A stretch of DNA of 64,000 bases from Chiloscyllium plagiosum. Its lineage: Eukaryota. Position numbers and translations under genes: made by a program. Below, one piece after another: positions 1 through 12,104 of the stretch. The notes below the pieces were generated by a model, which was given only the letters and a program-made list of their open reading frames with translations, was not told the origin of the DNA and searched no databases. Where the stretch lies: positions 73,535,447 to 73,599,446 of the forward strand of contig NC_057719.1 of assembly GCF_004010195.1 (NCBI RefSeq), given 5' to 3'. Numbering within the stretch: the first letter of the stretch is position 1; the number at the start of each line of letters is the position of its first letter.

Positions 1-539
1 GTGACCACAAAAGTAAAGACACAACATTGAATAATATTATTCATGAAAAGGCACTCAGTTTAATAACTGTTCAGACTTTGAAACTGTCATAGTCCAAAGC
101 AATATCAAACAACTGTCACTTGGTGAGATCAAATATTAAATATTATATTCCTAGTGTTCATGTCATTAAAATTAAAAAAGGTATTGGTGAGAGTTTGTGA
201 AGATCATAAATTATTTAAGAAATATTCCTCTGCTTTCATTTAATTAAAAAGTAATAGTTTTGTGAGTCTAATCCAACATATTCCTGTTATCCTGATTTTG
301 GATTTGCACTCATTCATTTAAAATGCTCTTCTGACCATGGTCACATTCTAATATATTCCTGTTGTTACAGGACAGTTGTGATACAACGTGTTTGCCAAAG
401 CTGTAAATTTTACTAACATGTGCCATATTAGGAGGCAACTTGAGTGTAGAAAGATTATGAAAGTAGCAAGACAGAGTGTCAGGTGGCTAAGAATCAAAAG
501 GCTTGGTGCACTAGGATATAAGGTGTAAATAAAATGTTA

Positions 540-900
540 CTAGTAACCTGTCCAGCTCTGAGTTGGACAGTTGCGGGTTCAGGTCCCACTCATGAGACTA
601 ATGTGGATGATCCAGGTTGACAGTTCAATGAAGTATTGAGTATGTGCTGCACCATCTCAAGTGCTGTCATTTATATGAGATGTGAAAATGAAATCGTGTT
701 TTGCCCCTTCGGCATTTTTCTCCATTTCTCCCTGATATCCAGACCAATATTTATTGCCTGACCAACATTATGACAATAGTTTAGCTAGTCATTTATCCTT
801 GCAATTGTTCAGTGTGTGCGAATTAGATGCCGTGTTTCTCTACATAACAAAAACACTTTGGCAAAAACATTTGGGAGCAGCCTAAGATTATGAAATGAAC
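540..900 (+). mobile_element. Decayed DeuSINE (SacSINE1-like)
   Basis: tRNA-like head GGGTTCAGGTCCCACTC; Deu-domain-like CCAATATTTATT...AATTAGATGCCGTGTTTC. Confidence 0.7.
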
Positions 901-920
901 TGGAAAGACAATTGGGCATC

Positions 921-948
921 GGGGGGGGGGGGGAGGGGGGGGGGGGGG
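921..948. repeat. Poly-G tract
   Basis: About 28 nt of G interrupted by one A. Confidence 0.95.
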
Positions 949-1229
949 AAATAATTGAGCTATTGTGAAGGCAAAACTGAAATCTGACTTGTCTCCACTC
1001 TTGTCAAAAAATGCCAGAATCCTGGTTCCATAGGAGTCACCCCAGGACCTGTAACCTGCCATTTTTACCTGATGGGTTGCAGGGTTTGAGGTGATGAGAT
1101 AGAGCTGGATTGTGGTTTGCACATCCATGGTTCATTGAGGCAACTGCAAATGTTGAAGTGCAGCACCTTTAAACAGATCCACCTTGCATTAGGGGGCTAT
1201 CAAAACCACAGCCTGTGATATTACTAAGT

Positions 1230-1945
1230 GCCCTTCTAGCTGCCTTCCATATGCCAACCCCCATAACTTAAGTTCATCTAAAGCTTTACTGCCCAGATCT
1301 TAACTCTCACCATTCACCCATTATCTCTGTGCATGGTTACCTGAATTAATTTCCAACCTGGGGGCAGTGCATGGTTAGCACAGCGCCAGGGTTCTGGGTT
1401 TGATTCCAGCCTCGGTTGACTGTCTCTGTAGAGTTTGTACATTCTCTCTGCGGTCTGCATGGGTTTCCTCTGGGTTTCCTCTCACAGTCCAAAGATGTGC
1501 AGGTTAGTTGGATTGGCCAAGCTAAATTGCCCATAATGTCCAGGGATGTGCAGGCTAGGTGGGTTAGCCACAGTAAATGCGTGGTTATGAGGATAGGGAG
1601 GTGTGGGATGCTTTTTGGAGGTTTCGTGTGGACTAGATGGGCCAAATGGCCTGCTTCCCACTGTAAGGATTCTATTCTATTCACATCTCAATTTTGAAAT
1701 TCTCGCCCTTGTGTTCAAATCCTTTTGTGGCCTGATTCCTCCCCATCACTAAGTATCTAAATCTCTATACTTCTCTTCTTTTCAGATACTTCTTGAAAAC
1801 CACCATGTCCTAAAACTTTTAGTTACCATCTATCTTAATATTTTCTTCTTTAGATCTGTGGTAATTTCTGTCTTTGTGAATTCTGATCAAATTGGCTAGG
1901 ATATTTTATTATATTAGCGGTTGCACATAAATGCTTGTAGTTGTG
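1230..1945 (+). mobile_element. Decayed L2 LINE 3' end, interrupted by an HE1 SINE
   Basis: L2-like CTCAATTTTGAAATTCTC...GTGTTCAAATCC and terminal ATAAATGCTTGTAGTTGT. Confidence 0.55.
1358..1682 (+). mobile_element. HE1-type tRNA-derived SINE
   Basis: GGTTAGCAC...GGGTTTGATTCC head, CACAGTCCAAAGATGTGCAGGTTAG core, (TTCTA)n tail; matches the copies at 43414 and 61975. Confidence 0.85.
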
Positions 1946-2974
1946 AAAACATAATGCAAAAAATAATAACGTTTTGAATGCTTGTGAAGATTACTTTGAT
2001 GTTATGATTAAATATTTATGATATATTCTCCCTGCAAAGTGAAATGAACCACTATTAGCTTATAGCAGCTGATTTTTGGGGATCATGTCCTGATTTTTAA
2101 AAGTTAGCGGGTTATTGCAGATCGGTGGGCTGAGATTTATGTTTGTGAAATAAAGAAATTGATAAATTGAATCCAGAAAGAAACTCTAAAATAATGTCAT
2201 GGCTATCAGAAGGCAAGCTTATAATGCAGAACTTAATGCTGGAAAGCATTTGCTTTTGGTTTGTAGTGTGCTATTTAGTAAAGGCAACGATGCTGAATTT
2301 AAAATATTCAGAAGAAATTTGGATCAATTTCTATTCATTAGAGAACAGAATTGTAACTTATTGTCACTTGTATTTTTCATAAGGAACAACGGCGAAAAGT
2401 GTTTAAATTGCCATACCATGGCGTCTGTATTGATAACAGAAGGCATAAGTGAAAAAAGTATTAAGACAAAGTCCATGTTGGTTCAATTCACAGCTGCTGG
2501 GTTTGGGAAAGGACAGCGCAACGTGGGACTGGGATTTGGGGTGGGGGAAAAATACTCCATTGTAGCGGCAGATAATTGTTGGAATCGGTAACTTTGATTC
2601 AATTACCTCAGTACTTTATTTTCCTGGAAGAAATAGCAATGAGCAAACAGAAGTAAAATATGGTAAAATATTCCTGAAATAAGATATCTAAATTTTAAGA
2701 AACATAAGAATAAAGTTCATAAGTATTTTAAATTTAGAATGTTGCATATGTAGAGCAGTATGTGATATACAACTAGTTAATTGGTTTTCTGCTGTTGGTT
2801 GAGCGATCATTGATGGTGAGGGCATTCCCTTCTGCTTTGATTGGTGTAATAACTTAGTTTAGAGTGCCTCACATGATACTTCATATGGAAGTTATCTCAG
2901 GCACTGCAGCATCGGTTCTGTGATGGCATCTGTCTTGGAGTTATATACTTTACATTTTTGAAAAAAGACATTTT

Positions 2975-3395
2975 ATCCAAGTGAGTTGGGACAACTATAG
3001 GGAGAGGCTGAACAGGCTGGAACATGTTTACAAAATCATGAGGGGCATGGATAGGGTAAATAGACAAAATCTTTTCCCTGGGGTCGGGCAGTCCAGAACT
3101 AGAGGGCAAAGGTTTAGGGTGAGAGGGGAAAGATATAAAAGAGACCTAAGGGGCAACTTTTTCATGCAGAGGGTGGTACGTGTATGGAATGAGCTGCCAG
3201 AGAAAGTGGTGGAGACTGGTACCATTGCAACATTTAAGAGGCGTTTGGATGTGTATATGAATAAGAAGGGTTTGGAGGGATATGGGCCAGGTGCTGGCAG
3301 GTGGGACTAGATTGGGTTGGGATATCTGGTTGGCATCGATGGGTTGGACCGAAGGGTCTGTTTCTTTACTGTACATCTCTATGAATCTGTGACTA
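2975..3395 (+). mobile_element. CR1 LINE 3' fragment
   Basis: ORF 2981-3310 (VYKIMRGMDRVN...TRGQRFRVRGERYKRDLRGNFFMQRVVRVWNELP) is the CR1 ORF2 C-terminus, followed by a CR1 3' UTR. Confidence 0.92.
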
Positions 3396-3559
3396 ATTGA
3401 CCGATTACTTTTAAGAAAATGCATCTTCTTCACGAAGTTAGATAAAAAAACTCATTCGTTTTGGAATGAATCAACATTTTTGTCTGAAGTGGGGGTGAAT
3501 GCAATAGTTGTAAAAGTGTTACAAGTTGGTGCAAAATGGAAGTTAACATAAAGCAGGAA

Positions 3560-3905
3560 GAAAATGTCTGCATTCAGAAAGTAGGTTTCACCCTTACAGC
3601 ACCAAAGCACTCGATAGCCAGTTAAATATTTTTTGAATGCAGTAATGCAGTTGCTTTTGCTACATTTTAGGCAAACACAGCATCTCGTTTCCACACAGAA
3701 AGATCCCAAAACAGTAGGTGAATTAATAATTAGATAGCTAATTTGCTTTTGTTGTTTCAGGGATAACTTAACCAATGACACCGTTCTTCAGAATAGTGCA
3801 GTGAAATATTTCATTTCTGCCTAAGAGGGCAGATGTGACCTTGGTTTAATGTCAGACCTGAAAAATGTAAGTTGGCATTTAGAGTAGAGAGCCCTCTCAG
3901 TAGCC
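3560..3905 (-). mobile_element. Decayed DeuSINE (SacSINE1-like)
   Basis: Reverse complement resembles the Deu domain and L2-like tail (GAGGGCAGATG..CCTTGGTTTAATGTCA, GAAAGATCCCAAAACAG). Confidence 0.7.
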
Positions 3906-3984
3906 AGCAGAAACTTGGCAACAAATAAACTTTGTTAAATGCTGAGTTTTAAATTGCATTGTGGTACTGTTGTTAAAAAAAAAA

Positions 3985-4195
3985 GGGGAAGGTAAAGCTG
4001 CCATAGTGCAGAGGACCATAGGGCAGCTCTCTCATTTTAGAGAGATGACTGGTGGTGGTTTAATCTAAGGATCACCATACCTCAGGCAAGCGACAAGGTC
4101 AAGGAGGTGGGACCTTCAAGGTAATCTCAGGAATTAAACTATGGACATCACTCTGAATTGCAAACCAGCCATTCAACCATCTGAGGTAATCCGAA
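3985..4195 (-). mobile_element. Shark tRNA-derived SINE (same family as 20005-20222)
   Basis: Reverse complement reads ...GGCTGGTTTGCAATTCAGAGTGATG...CCTGAGGTATGGTGATCCTTAGATTAAACCACCACCAGTC...CCTATGGTC...GGCAGCTTTACC. Confidence 0.7.
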
Positions 4196-4984
4196 CTGGA
4201 GGGGCAATAAAAATGTTCATCATCTTTGCATTTTAAATTGAGCACCACTCTCCATTTTAAATCTAAATCTTTTGCAGTTAGGATTTATTTTGGTGGGTCT
4301 TTTAACATTCATATCCTGAGTAATGCACTAAGTGCATTGTGAGTTTATAGAAAAATGTGTGTCAAATCTTCCATTTGAGAGAGCGCAATTAAGTTTTCTA
4401 TTTTTATTTATGGCAGTTCTGCAAGACATTCTCACGTGACATTGGCTGATCGCCAAAAGGCCACAATTTATTTGGAGACCACTTCTGATCATGTTGTTGT
4501 TGAAACATCTTCTATATATCCAAACACAATCCATGGTTGATCCTTATGATTTTCTTGTCTGTCTCTCTGTCTTTATCTCTCTTTCTCGCTCCCTTCTCTT
4601 TCACGTTCTCTTGCTTTCCTCTGCTCTCCCTCATTCTCTTGCTCTCTCTTTTTGCCTCTCCCTTGATTTCAACCTTCATTCAGGCTGTGCTACACATTGC
4701 ATTAGACTTTTGGGTGATTTTTGAGCGATTGTGAGTCATATGTTTTACTGGTCTGCCACAACCCCATTTTTCCCACAGACCCCATTATTTCTATTAAGCG
4801 ATTTTTCTACTATGCGAGGTTTCACTGGAATGCAACTATGGTGTTATAGGAGAACTGCTTTAGATACATGTGTTCATATATGTTGAAATCTACTTCACGA
4901 AATGGTCTACCGGAAATCTACTTGTTTCGAGTATTTTCTTTTGTTTTCTGGTTTAAGTATGAGCTTCAGCTTAGAGCTTCAAGT

Positions 4985-6370
4985 AGATGAGGTTCTGGCT
5001 TTGGGAAGTGACAAATTGCTGGTGATTATAGAACCTTGATATGTGAAGCCATCGCGAACCCCCAGTCTCACACTGCCAACAGTGACAGCTGGCAGCATAA
5101 CAACATCTTCAACAATGGTTTTTGTTTTCCTCATGCTGATGCTGAAAGGTTGAATTTGAATGCTGAGTACAGAGTTAAAGACAGGATTCTTGGCAGTGTG
5201 GAGGAACAGTGGCATCTTGGGGTCCATGTACATAAATCCCTCAAAGTTGCTAATCAAGTTGATAGGGTTGTTAAGAAGGCATATGGTGTTATGGCTTTCA
5301 TCAACAGGGTGATTGAGTTTCAGAGCTGCGAGGTTTTGCTGCAGTTCTATAAAACCCTGGTTAGACTACACTTGGAATATTGTGTTCAGTTCTGGTTACC
5401 TCATTATAGAAAGGATGTAGATGCTTTAGAGAGGATGCAGAGGAAACTTTTTACCAGGATGCTGCCTGGATTGGAGGGCTTGGCTTATGAAGGGAGGTTG
5501 ACTGAGCTCGGGCTTTTCACACTGGAGAGAAGAAGGAAGAGAGGTGACTTGATAGAGGACTTGATAGAGGTGTACAAGGTAATGAGAGATGTAGATAGAG
5601 TAGGTAGCCAGAGACAATTCCCCAGGGCAGAAATGGCTGTCACAAGGGGCCATAATTTTAAGGTGATTGGAGGAAGGTATAAGGGAGATGTCAGAGGTAG
5701 CTCCTTTACGCAGAGAATGGTGGGTGCGTGGCAGCAGTGGTAGTAGAGTCTGATGAGAATTTGGCCTGTTATTGCCTTGGATCTCAGGTGGGAAACAACT
5801 TTCCTTTAGTTCTGAAAAGTAAGTAGACACCTTCTGTCAATAGGCTAAAATATATGACAGCAGCACAGAAGAGAATTTATCAAAGTGTAGGTCCCAGTGC
5901 AGCTCACAAAGGGTTCTGACGTTGTCCTCCTATAGCTGACCGTATCCATTATTTTGGCATAGGAAGAGGAGATCGCATTGAGGAGCTTTGACAGCCAGTT
6001 TTGTCCAGACTGTAGTGTCCACATGGTGAAATGCCTGGGTGATATTGAAGAAGTCCAATGTATAATTTTTCCCTTTGTTCAGAGGTATTCCTCTCTCCTC
6101 TGCTGAACTGAGGTGATCCTGCCAATGTTAAAGCTTTCAGTGTTCAGCTTTGAGAGCACATTGGGATTTGGGGTAGGTGTGTTCTGCCTAGAACTGCTGC
6201 CAAGGATGAAATGGGCAGATGCTTGTCCCACAGTTCTCAGCAGAGAGATGCTTCAATAGTTAGTGCACTCGCTGCTTTAACACTTGCATTGTACATGTCC
6301 TGGGGTACCATCTGCTCCTGCAAAGGTGGAGGAACGCATGCTGACACTTCAGAATTACAGCATGATGAGA
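4985..6370 (-). mobile_element. Decayed RTE-clade LINE (RT region), split by a CR1 insertion
   Basis: Minus-strand peptides SISMRKTKTIVEDV...FTYQGSIITSNLSL (left of the CR1) and TEGVYLLFRTKGKLF, KLLNAISSSY (right of it) resemble RTE RT motifs (LTISLKKT...FTYLGST; TEGVYLHTRSDGKLF). Confidence 0.75.
5150..5745 (+). mobile_element. CR1 LINE ORF2 fragment nested in the RTE
   Basis: LGVHVHKSLKVANQVDRVVKKAYG...LVRLHLEYCVQFWLPHYRKDVDALERMQR...TRGHNFKVIGGRY. Confidence 0.92.
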
Positions 6371-6734
6371 TGCGTCTGCTGTGTGGGTAACCAGAGTTGA
6401 TGTGCTTTCAACTTTTCCTGTACTTATTGATTCTCAGTTTCAGTCAGTATCTCCGCCTGGATGCAGTCGAGTGAGAATTATGAAGCTGAGAAAATCGCAA
6501 GTGTGGTTTGGTCTATTAGCAACTTGTGATAGTCTGTGCCAAGTTTTATTTTTTGCACTATGCTTAACTCCAGGGCATTTAAAACAACAGTTTGCCCTTA
6601 AATTATACAAATTGGGATCTAATTATAATCGTATAATTTACATTCATAATAAATGAGCGATTACTGTCTTGTGAAACCTGCCATTACGATATTGTGCCAG
6701 AATTCAAGGTTATTGCTAGAGCTTTAATTATTTT

Positions 6735-6970
6735 TAATTATTCTGTCATGGGATGTAGGTGCCATTGACAAGGTCAGCATTTGTTGCCCATTCCCAATTG
6801 CACGTGAGAGCAGTTAAGAGTCTGTTATATTGCTGTGGGTCTGGAATCACATGTCTGCCACAATGAGTAAGGATGGTAGATTTCCTTCCCTGGACCAGGT
6901 GGGTTTCCATGACAGTCAATAGGTTTGAGGTTACTATTAATGTTTCAGCTTTCAGTTCCAGAATATTTTT
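6735..6970 (-). mobile_element. Shark SINE / CR1-like 3' end (related copies at 36865-37225 +, 44570-44840 -, 49010-49260 +)
   Basis: Shared motif CATGTGACTCCAGATCCACAGCAATGTGGTTGACTCTTAACTG and GGCAATAAATGCTG in the four copies. Confidence 0.7.
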
Positions 6971-7558
6971 AGCTTTGCATCCAACTCCAGGGAAATTTCT
7001 TCATAGTTTGAAAGCACAATATTAAGATTGGCATTAAGATTTAGAGGAGTTAAAAGTTTGTGGTCAACTTCTGCCATTAGGGAGAGGCAAGGCGCATTTT
7101 TGTAATCTGACCCCATTCCATCAACAATCTGCTAATGCATCTGCAGAGAAAAATCTTACAGTTGAAGAAATATCCAGGGAGCAGGTGTTTGGCAGAGGGG
7201 TCAAAAGATTCAACTTCACCACAAAGCTCAGTCGATCCACATCTGAGTGAGAGGTGATCCTAGATGAAGGCTAAAGGCATCATAGAGGTCTAGAAATCAC
7301 TTGATTTGGCATTAACTTAGTAGAGATAAATTGTCTCAAACATTTCCCTAATACATTATCATCAGAGCAGCACATTCTTTTTGTTACATTGATCAAATAA
7401 ATCATGTCCTTAGTATTTTTTCAGTAGCATTGTGAATAACTGGAATGGAAATGCTTGCCCAGACGATAGCACAATATTACATCAGCACCATGGCTCAAAA
7501 CAAACCAAAGTGACCCCTTGCCGTTTGACAGGAAGCAGTCAGGTTAGTCAGTTGTTGG

Positions 7559-7745
7559 CAGCAAAACAGAAATTGCGGGAGAAACTCAGCAGGTCTGAAC
7601 AGAACAGTTCTGAAGAAGGGTCACTGGACTTGAAACAGTAACTCTGCTTTTTCTCCATAGATACTGCCAGACCTGTTGACTTTCTCTAGCAGTTTCTGTT
7701 CTTGTTTCAGATCTGCACCATCCACAGTTCTTTTTCTTCCAATTA
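7559..7745 (+). mobile_element. PLE-derived hairpin insertion (family 2) with decayed minimal hammerhead
   Basis: Inverted arms 7562-7597 and 7665-7705; core AGTT-CTGAAGA-A-GGGTC-ACTG-GACTT-GAAAC-agt-AACT (7606-7643); possible TSD GTCAGTTGTTGG/GTCAGATGTGGG. Confidence 0.7.
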
Positions 7746-8469
7746 TTTTGGTCAGATGTGGGGTTTTGGAACCAAACAATGAGCTGGTTCAGAAATTGTT
7801 TTTCCTCAAACATGTACCGACTTATTCCAAGGATGGATATGTTTTATCCAGATCTTTTTTTCCATATTGTCAGCATTAGTTAAATGATTTATGTGTGTGC
7901 TTTTCAAGCTCAATTGAAATGAGAAGTTCAGAATTCTCCTGCTAAGTTATTAGGTGGGCAGGCACTGACAATAATGTTGCTGTCCAGTGTAGCATTTCCC
8001 TGCTTATGTTCGCCCCCACTGATGAACTTCATCAGGACAAGGAAATGCTGACCCCGAGAATCAGTCTGATATGTGAATTGCCCAATTAAAGTCAGCGAAT
8101 GAGGTAATTGAAAGCTTGAAGAAACCAGGTTGAGATTTTGGTGGGGTACATGGGCTGTTGCTAAGGGGGTAGCCTAAGCACATAGAGGTTACCATTTAGC
8201 GTGAAATTAGTCATTGGTACACCAGGAAAGTAGGAAGCCCCATGAAAGGGAGAACGACTGCAAGGAACATTAAGCTGCTGGCACACATTTCCATTGGGTA
8301 TCAGTGGTCACTCTTCTGGCATTGCAGGTGCATAAGAGGAAGGGACAAAGTTTCTTGGCACTAATGGGAGGCTACCTGCAAATGATGGACTGCGTGGGGT
8401 TCAGCAAGATTTTGACAAGGGTGGCTGGTCAAGAAGGTAAGAACTCATGCAAACGAGGGCAGTTTAGCA

Positions 8470-9402
8470 AGTTAGATCCTAAATTGGTTTAGTGGCAGGA
8501 GACAGAGTGTGCCAGTCGAAGGGTATTTTTGGGATTAGAAACCCATGTCCAGTGGCCTACCCTGAGGTTCAGTTCTGGGTCCCCTGTTGTTTGGTGTGCA
8601 CATTAATGATTAGACACTGTAAGAGATTTACTCAATAACTTTGCAGAAATCAGAAAAATTGGTGGTGTGGCCAACAGTGAGGAGGAAAGCCGAAGACTGC
8701 TGGATGATATGGATGGGCTGGTCATCTGGACAGAGCACTGGCAGGTGGAGTGTAATTCTGATAAGTGTGAGGTAATGCTTTTTGGAGAGGGGTGCTAACA
8801 AAGCAAGGAAGTGCAAAATGGATATTATGTCACTGGCAACTATTGACAATTAGAGGGAATATGGGCTGATTGCTCATAGATCCTTGAGGACAGCAGGCAG
8901 GTGGATAAATGATTAAGAAGGCTTTTGGGATGTTTGTCTTTGTGAATACAAGCACAGGAGCTGTATAACTCTTGCTAGAGCCACAGCTGGAGTACTGTGT
9001 GCAGTTCTGGTCACTTCATGATAGGAAGGATGTGATTGTCCAAGCAAAACTCCTCTGTATACCTCTCCAGTACATTCCTGATGAAGAGCTTATGCCCGAA
9101 ACATCGATTCTCCTACTCCTCGGATGCTGTCTGACTGGCTGTGCTTTTCCAGCATCACACTCTCGACTCTCCAGTACAATGTCCAGACTACAGTGATTCT
9201 GCTATTAAGAGAGACTGGATAGGGTGGGGTTTTCCCATAGAGCAGAGAAAGGTTGAGGGCACATCTGATTAAAGTGCACAAAATTATGAGGAGCATAGAT
9301 AGGATAGATATTGAGGAACATTTCCCTTTAGTGGAGGGATAACTAGCCATGGAGTGTAGGTTTAAGATAAAGGGTAGGAAGTTTTGAGGATTTAAGGAAA
9401 AA
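8470..9402 (+). mobile_element. Decayed CR1 LINE ORF2 fragment
   Basis: SGLP*GSVLGPLLF-like segment (8550-8595), EPQLEYCVQFWSLHDRKDV, KVHKIMRSIDRID. Confidence 0.85.
9075..9166 (+). mobile_element. Minimal PLE (Neptune-type, family 1) insertion with hammerhead motif
   Basis: CTGATGA-A-GAGC-TTAT-GCCC-GAAAC-ATC at 9078-9105; 12-bp TSD CTCTCCAGTACA (9063-9074 / 9167-9178). Confidence 0.85.
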
Positions 9403-9499
9403 CCCCTCTGGCCATGCCCTGCCAGTAACCTTCCAATCGCCTGCAGCTTTAATGACCTACGGGGCCTTCAGAGAATCAGCTGTGGACTTTGTCATGACC

Positions 9500-10060
9500 A
9501 CCTTCTCACCAAGTAATCTCTCAGGTCAGTGATATCCCATTTAAGAGAGCTAAACATTGCATTCACCTCAAAGCTTTTGGGGCCTTCCAGGCATAAAAGA
9601 GTCATTTGAGTTTTCCAAGTGCAGACCATAATTGATTGCACCCATTTAGTCACCAAGGCACCCAGTGACTGCCCAGTCAGATTCAAAAACAGAAAGAATG
9701 TGCATTTCCACAACATTGAGGAGTTCTGTGACTACAACAGTAGCTTCCTGGATGTGTAGATATTTTTAATCAACCTGTTCAGAGATGTTATTACACACAT
9801 CCTGGAGCAGGTGGGAATTGAACGGAGACATCCTGTTCCTGCATATTTCCTGGAAACTGACGTAATTCTGTCATCCTCGTACATTCCTCTGCTGGTTTTA
9901 TGCATCGTGCTGGTTTGCATATCATTCAGACATGTGTGGGTGATAAAGATGAAGCACAAAATGCACACAGCTTCTTGCACAGTGCTGCCCTCTGTGGTCA
10001 TTGACATCAGAAGCGACGTGTATCAGTCTGGCTGGTCTTCAGTAGCACTATGACTGAATC
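9500..10060 (+). pseudogene. Harbinger/PIF transposase remnant (HARBI1-like DDE domain)
   Basis: 9613-9756 translates FQVQTIIDCTHLVTKAPSDCPVRFKNRKNVHFHNIEEFCDYNSSFLDV. It resumes after a short insertion as IFPGN*RNSVIL (9843-9878). Compare the Harbinger consensus FP.V.GAIDCTH..I.AP....F.NRKGFHS.N.Q.VCD....RFPGS.HD..IL. Confidence 0.8.
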
Positions 10061-12104
10061 TTGCTGAGATGTTAATAGATATCTTAGGCACACATCCCTT
10101 CCATGTTCAGGAGCAGCTTGCATCTTTAGCCTGCTGAGCTGGAGTGTCTACCAAAAGTTGAACACCCAGGGGCCTGCCTTCACTTTGTTTGCTAGAGCAA
10201 ATAAGGTCATTGAACTTTTCTCTGCATTGCAGCCATTGCTCACGTTCTCAGCCTCCATCCCTGCTGGGCCTGGGAGGGTGGCTTTCCAGTCTCACACCCA
10301 ATGTCAGGGTAGACCTCCTAGTCTGTCTCTGAAGGGAGAAGCAGCCCATCCCCAACCTTGCCAGCTCCTTGTCAGTTTCTGCAGTTGAATGAATACACCA
10401 GCGGTCACAGTAATGGCTCCAATTGGCTAAACAGACTAGAACAAACTATACCCTGGCAATCAAGCAGCCCCTGTCTCAACCCTGTCTGACCATGGTCACT
10501 TAAAGGAAACCCAACCCACCCTCCAGTCTAATAACAGGCACCATGGTGAAAAAGGAGCCTGTGACTGTCCCAGGAGGGGATAAGAAATTATCCCAACATT
10601 TGTTTTCCAAGTTGGAAAGGGAAATTGCACCTCAGTTCAGATTCACTAATCTTCACATGGGGAATGATATTTCTAGAAGGGATTAGCCGCACATTGCAGT
10701 TGTTGTTTTTGCTGAGGTAGCTATCTAAATATAATGACTTTAGTCAGTGCTAAAATTGTGTGCATATTTGTTTTGGTTGTGTTTATGCGTGCAAACTATC
10801 AAGTTAAAATTCCTCTGAAACCAGCTGATGGGAAAAGAACAACTGATCTCACAATCCCAGTGCAGGGACTGATTTCCTTCATTTAGTCCTTATTTAGGAA
10901 TGACCCTATGCTGTGTCCTTTGGCCTCAGAGTAACAATTTGGAATTTAATAACCAGTCAACATAATATGCCCCAAATGCAAATACAAATTCCCCAAGCTG
11001 TTCAGGAGCAGCCATTAGACTTTGTGAAACAATCAGCAACTTAAGTTGTGAAATGCATTCCCACATTGCTACTATATTTTAGTTGATGACAGGAGCATGG
11101 AGTAATTTAGATAATATCTCTGTAGCTTGTTGCATTGGGGCATAGGCTTTGAGACAGGGGATCTGGGCAGTTGAACATTTGTGAGCTCATTAGGTTTCTG
11201 TCTGGTATGATATCACTTCACAATATCTAGAATCTGAATTCTCTCTCTTAATGAACTTTCATGTTTAGTACCAAATGACTTTTGTTTTTAACAAGGGTTA
11301 ACTATGGTAGTCCACTTTTCATAGGCTGCTGATGCCAACTTTAGCGACTTAAAAGGTTTTTACAGTGCACTGGGAGTGTGTCAGTATTTACAAGCTTCAC
11401 TGCATGTTTTATCCTAGTTGATATTTTTAATTCTGGTTTTCTTTTATGTCAGTTTGACCACTTGGAAAAGTTAGGAGTTCCCTGCATGCTTTTATAACAC
11501 CACATTTGCTGGGGGAGAGATGGTTGAGGTGCAGAAAAGAATTGTTGAGGTTGTTGGCCTTGTGCATGGATGAGGGTGTGTGTTCATCTATTAATAACGA
11601 CTTCTCATTCATGACTTGGATGCTTTAATCATGAAAGCATTTCTCTTCCACCACCAATCTCCCACTGTTCATCTATTAATAAAACCCTGACAGTGACAGT
11701 GAGGAATAAGTTTATTTTCCATCTGTTAATCTTATCCTTGGAGCAGGTAACTCATTATTGTATCTCAGATTTATAAGATGTAAGGCTACTTTTGCTGTTC
11801 TTATTGAAGAATTGCACATTTTACCATAAATAAGTTCCAGTTGCAAAACCTCATAGTGGTTGCAAATGAGTTAGCAACATTGTAATTTTTCACTAATAAT
11901 AATTCTGGGTAATCCAAGATGGAGGATGGAGATAAATTGTGGTTTAAGAGCTGCTCACGTTTTTGAGGTATTTTCAGTGTTGGAGCTGATTTCCTTGAAT
12001 TCTAGGAGCACTAATTACTGATTTATAAGCTGTTGGAACTTTGGAAGTTTGGGGGAAAAAATGATCAAAACAACTGCACTTTAAAAAAGAGAAAGACAGA
12101 CAAA

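Noticed and set aside
921..948. Functional G-quadruplex or poly-Pro ORF (823-1128)
   Set aside because: Simple homopolymer next to a SINE; no supporting context.
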